From Bilabrum cf. latius (lineage: Eukaryota), in assembly GCA_965178125.1 (NCBI GenBank), contig OZ237765.1, positions 62,001 through 126,000 on the forward strand: 64,000 nt of DNA, read 5' to 3'. Below, in pieces: positions 62,101-64,000 of the stretch. The notes under the pieces are model-generated. The model ran no database searches. It was not told the origin of the DNA and saw only the letters and a program-made list of their open reading frames with translations. The first letter of the stretch is position 1, and the number at the start of each line of letters is the position of its first letter. The translations under genes and the position numbers were made by a program.

Positions 62101-64000
62101 GTCAGTACCCCCGCATGCACTGGTGTGCCTGGGGTCCTCATCCCGCGCATGCCCTGGCTCATCCATCTGGTCCTTCTTGTTATTGTCCTCGTCCTGCCGG
62201 ATATTGGAAGCTGCAGCTTCCTTATCTTGCTCTTCATTGGTCCCAAATGCGTCACCAGCTGCCTACAGCACCTCATTGCGCATGGCCTGCCCCTCGACTC
62301 CGCCTTCGATAGAGCCTTTGTGCGCCATTCGGCTCGTCTCATCACGGCCTCTGACCTCCTGCTTCTTCCCACCGTCCTCGTCCCCGTCCTCGTCGTTGTC
62401 CATCGGTGCCTGTCCCGAACTGGCGCTCTCATTGGTACCACTGCCACCGGCCTCTTTCTTGACTGAGGTCGAGCTGCTAGCCCCAGCCCGAGCTCCAGCA
62501 CCAGCACCAGCTCCAGCTCCAGCATCACCTGTCGAGTTGAGCCTGCACCTGAACTCAGCCTCTGGCCTCACCACCCGCTCCAGCCACGCCTCATGCGAAT
62601 CCAGCCAATTGACATGCCCCCCCTCAGCCCCCCCCTGAGTCCCCCCCTGAGTCCCCCCCTCAGGCCCCCCCGTCAGCACCGCCGTCTCCCCTCGCCTCAC
62701 CCTCCCGATCATCCCTGCCACGCTCCTGCTTACCCCGCCCGCATCCTGTTGTTCCCCGGTTGCAACCATCTCCCATAGCATAGCCACGTAACCCCCAGAC
62801 CCTTGTTCCCTGACTAGCCACTCCACGGTGCTGCTCGCATCCAGGAGCACCTGGCGAGAGGCATCGCTAGGGCTGGCAACGCGGTTCGCCGCCCCGCAGA
62901 GCAGCAGCTGCTGCGGACGGCCCGCCTGCGGAACCGACCGGATGGCGAGCGCGGCGCCGGGCAGTGCCCCGATCATGGGGGCCCACTTGCCCTTGCCCAG
63001 CTTCCTGGGTATCTCCGAGAGCGGCTTGGCGAGCGCCACGCTCAGTGCCCGCCTGGGGGGCACACCATGCTTGAGGGCCAGGGTGCGGGCGCGGGCGGAC
63101 GCAGGCAGCACGAAGATGACGGCGCGGTCTGGTTTGCAGGGGGGCAGCGGCCTGAGCGGCTGGGGGGGTTGCTGGTGTGACGAGTGCTCGGTCCCTTGTC
63201 GCATGCCGGCGCTCGGCCGCTTGAGGGGCGAGCCGAGCGCGGCGGCGGCTGCCTCCACAGCGGCCTCAGCGGGATCCGTTTCTCTGCCTGCTCCGCCTGC
63301 TCCGCCTGCTCCGCCACCGTCCATGATACCACCAGCGTCTTTGGCGCTGTCTTTCTGTGCACCCATGCTCTTCTCGCTGTCGGGCGAAGGACCGGATGGT
63401 GAACCGCCCGTTGCTGCTTTCTGCAGGGCGGGCCTCGTCTTGGCGCCCTGATGCACCTGGGCCTGCACCTGGGCTTGAGCCTGGGCCTGGGCCTGGGATG
63501 CAGACTCGGCTGGGCGAGCTGCAGCACCATGCAGTGCACTCGCGGTGGGAGAGTCGGCGGGAGGAGGAGTGAGTCCCGAGAAGGAGCCCATGCCTGCTCC
63601 AGTACCGCGCGACCCCTCGGTCTCGGTCCCAATGCGCAGCCCCTGCCGCTTCTCGTGTCGCTCTCCTACGGCCGGCACTGCGGCCCGCTCCTGCACCGCA
63701 ATGCGATGCATCGTCTCACGGCCCGGCAGGCTGTCCTCCATCGCAAGGGCACTGTCGTGCATTGCAGACTGATGCGGCCCCGATGCCCCCACGTTGGGGG
63801 GAAACCCCAGCAGGGAATCCCCCGGGATCAGCCCCCCCTGCCCACGAATGAAAGCCATGAGGCTGTCTTCGCCGGCCCCTGAGAGCGAGCCCAGACTGGC
63901 TCCATTGGTATTCGTCACACCCGGCCCCATCTCGTCCTTGTCCTGGTCCCAGGGCCGGCTGGTCCCACCCGCCAGAGAGTGGGGCAGACCCGGGGCACCG
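59149..64000 (-). CDS. Large low-complexity protein, 5' end outside the window; possible Cramped/TKI1-like domain
   Basis: One frame runs from the right edge to TGA 59149 with TAGs at 62263, 62062, 60802, 60577, 60565, 60196, 59929, 59821 and 59593. The segment VIFVLPAS...LKHGVPPRRALSVALAKPLSEI...KW resembles my recollection of the CRAMP1/TKI1 conserved block, which is a weak match. Confidence 0.55.

Noticed and set aside
161-62265. Interrupted genes are pseudogenes or RIP-like C-to-T damage
   Set aside because: The only lesion is TAG. There are no frameshifts and no internal TAA or TGA, which CpA-to-TpA damage would also create from CAA, and catalytic motifs are intact in housekeeping genes.

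Overview
This is a GC-rich, gene-dense, intron-poor eukaryotic nuclear window, most likely from a protist; the taxon cannot be fixed from sequence alone. The supplied ORF track is misleading because almost every gene is broken by in-frame TAG codons. Reading TAG as a sense codon joins the fragments into about 23 genes, including a TPR+JmjC protein, RBM18, two TMTC-like proteins, TMEM256, RPA43, NECAP, TMX2, a 14-finger C2H2 protein, PYROXD2, a bulb-type lectin, pectin acetylesterase, TTC27, guanylate kinase, GH27 alpha-galactosidase, DGAT2/MOGAT, GMPPB and GNB1L/ASA1. I count about 60 internal TAGs by hand and no internal TAA or TGA in these reconstructed exons. The 22 gene 3' ends in the window are TGA (18) or TAA (4). 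Where TAG falls in a conserved motif it occupies a Gln position, which points to a variant nuclear code with UAG=Gln and UAA/UGA as stops. A second signal is three short DNA words (CACTCGTCACAC, TTGTTCCCTG and palindromic GGTTGCAACC) that recur far above chance, mostly inside coding sequence and in several frames. Also present are a PRDM9-like homogenised zinc-finger minisatellite, tandem repeats, a 33-bp direct repeat pair and a 20-bp perfect palindrome. Family assignments come from recalled motifs; no database search was run.
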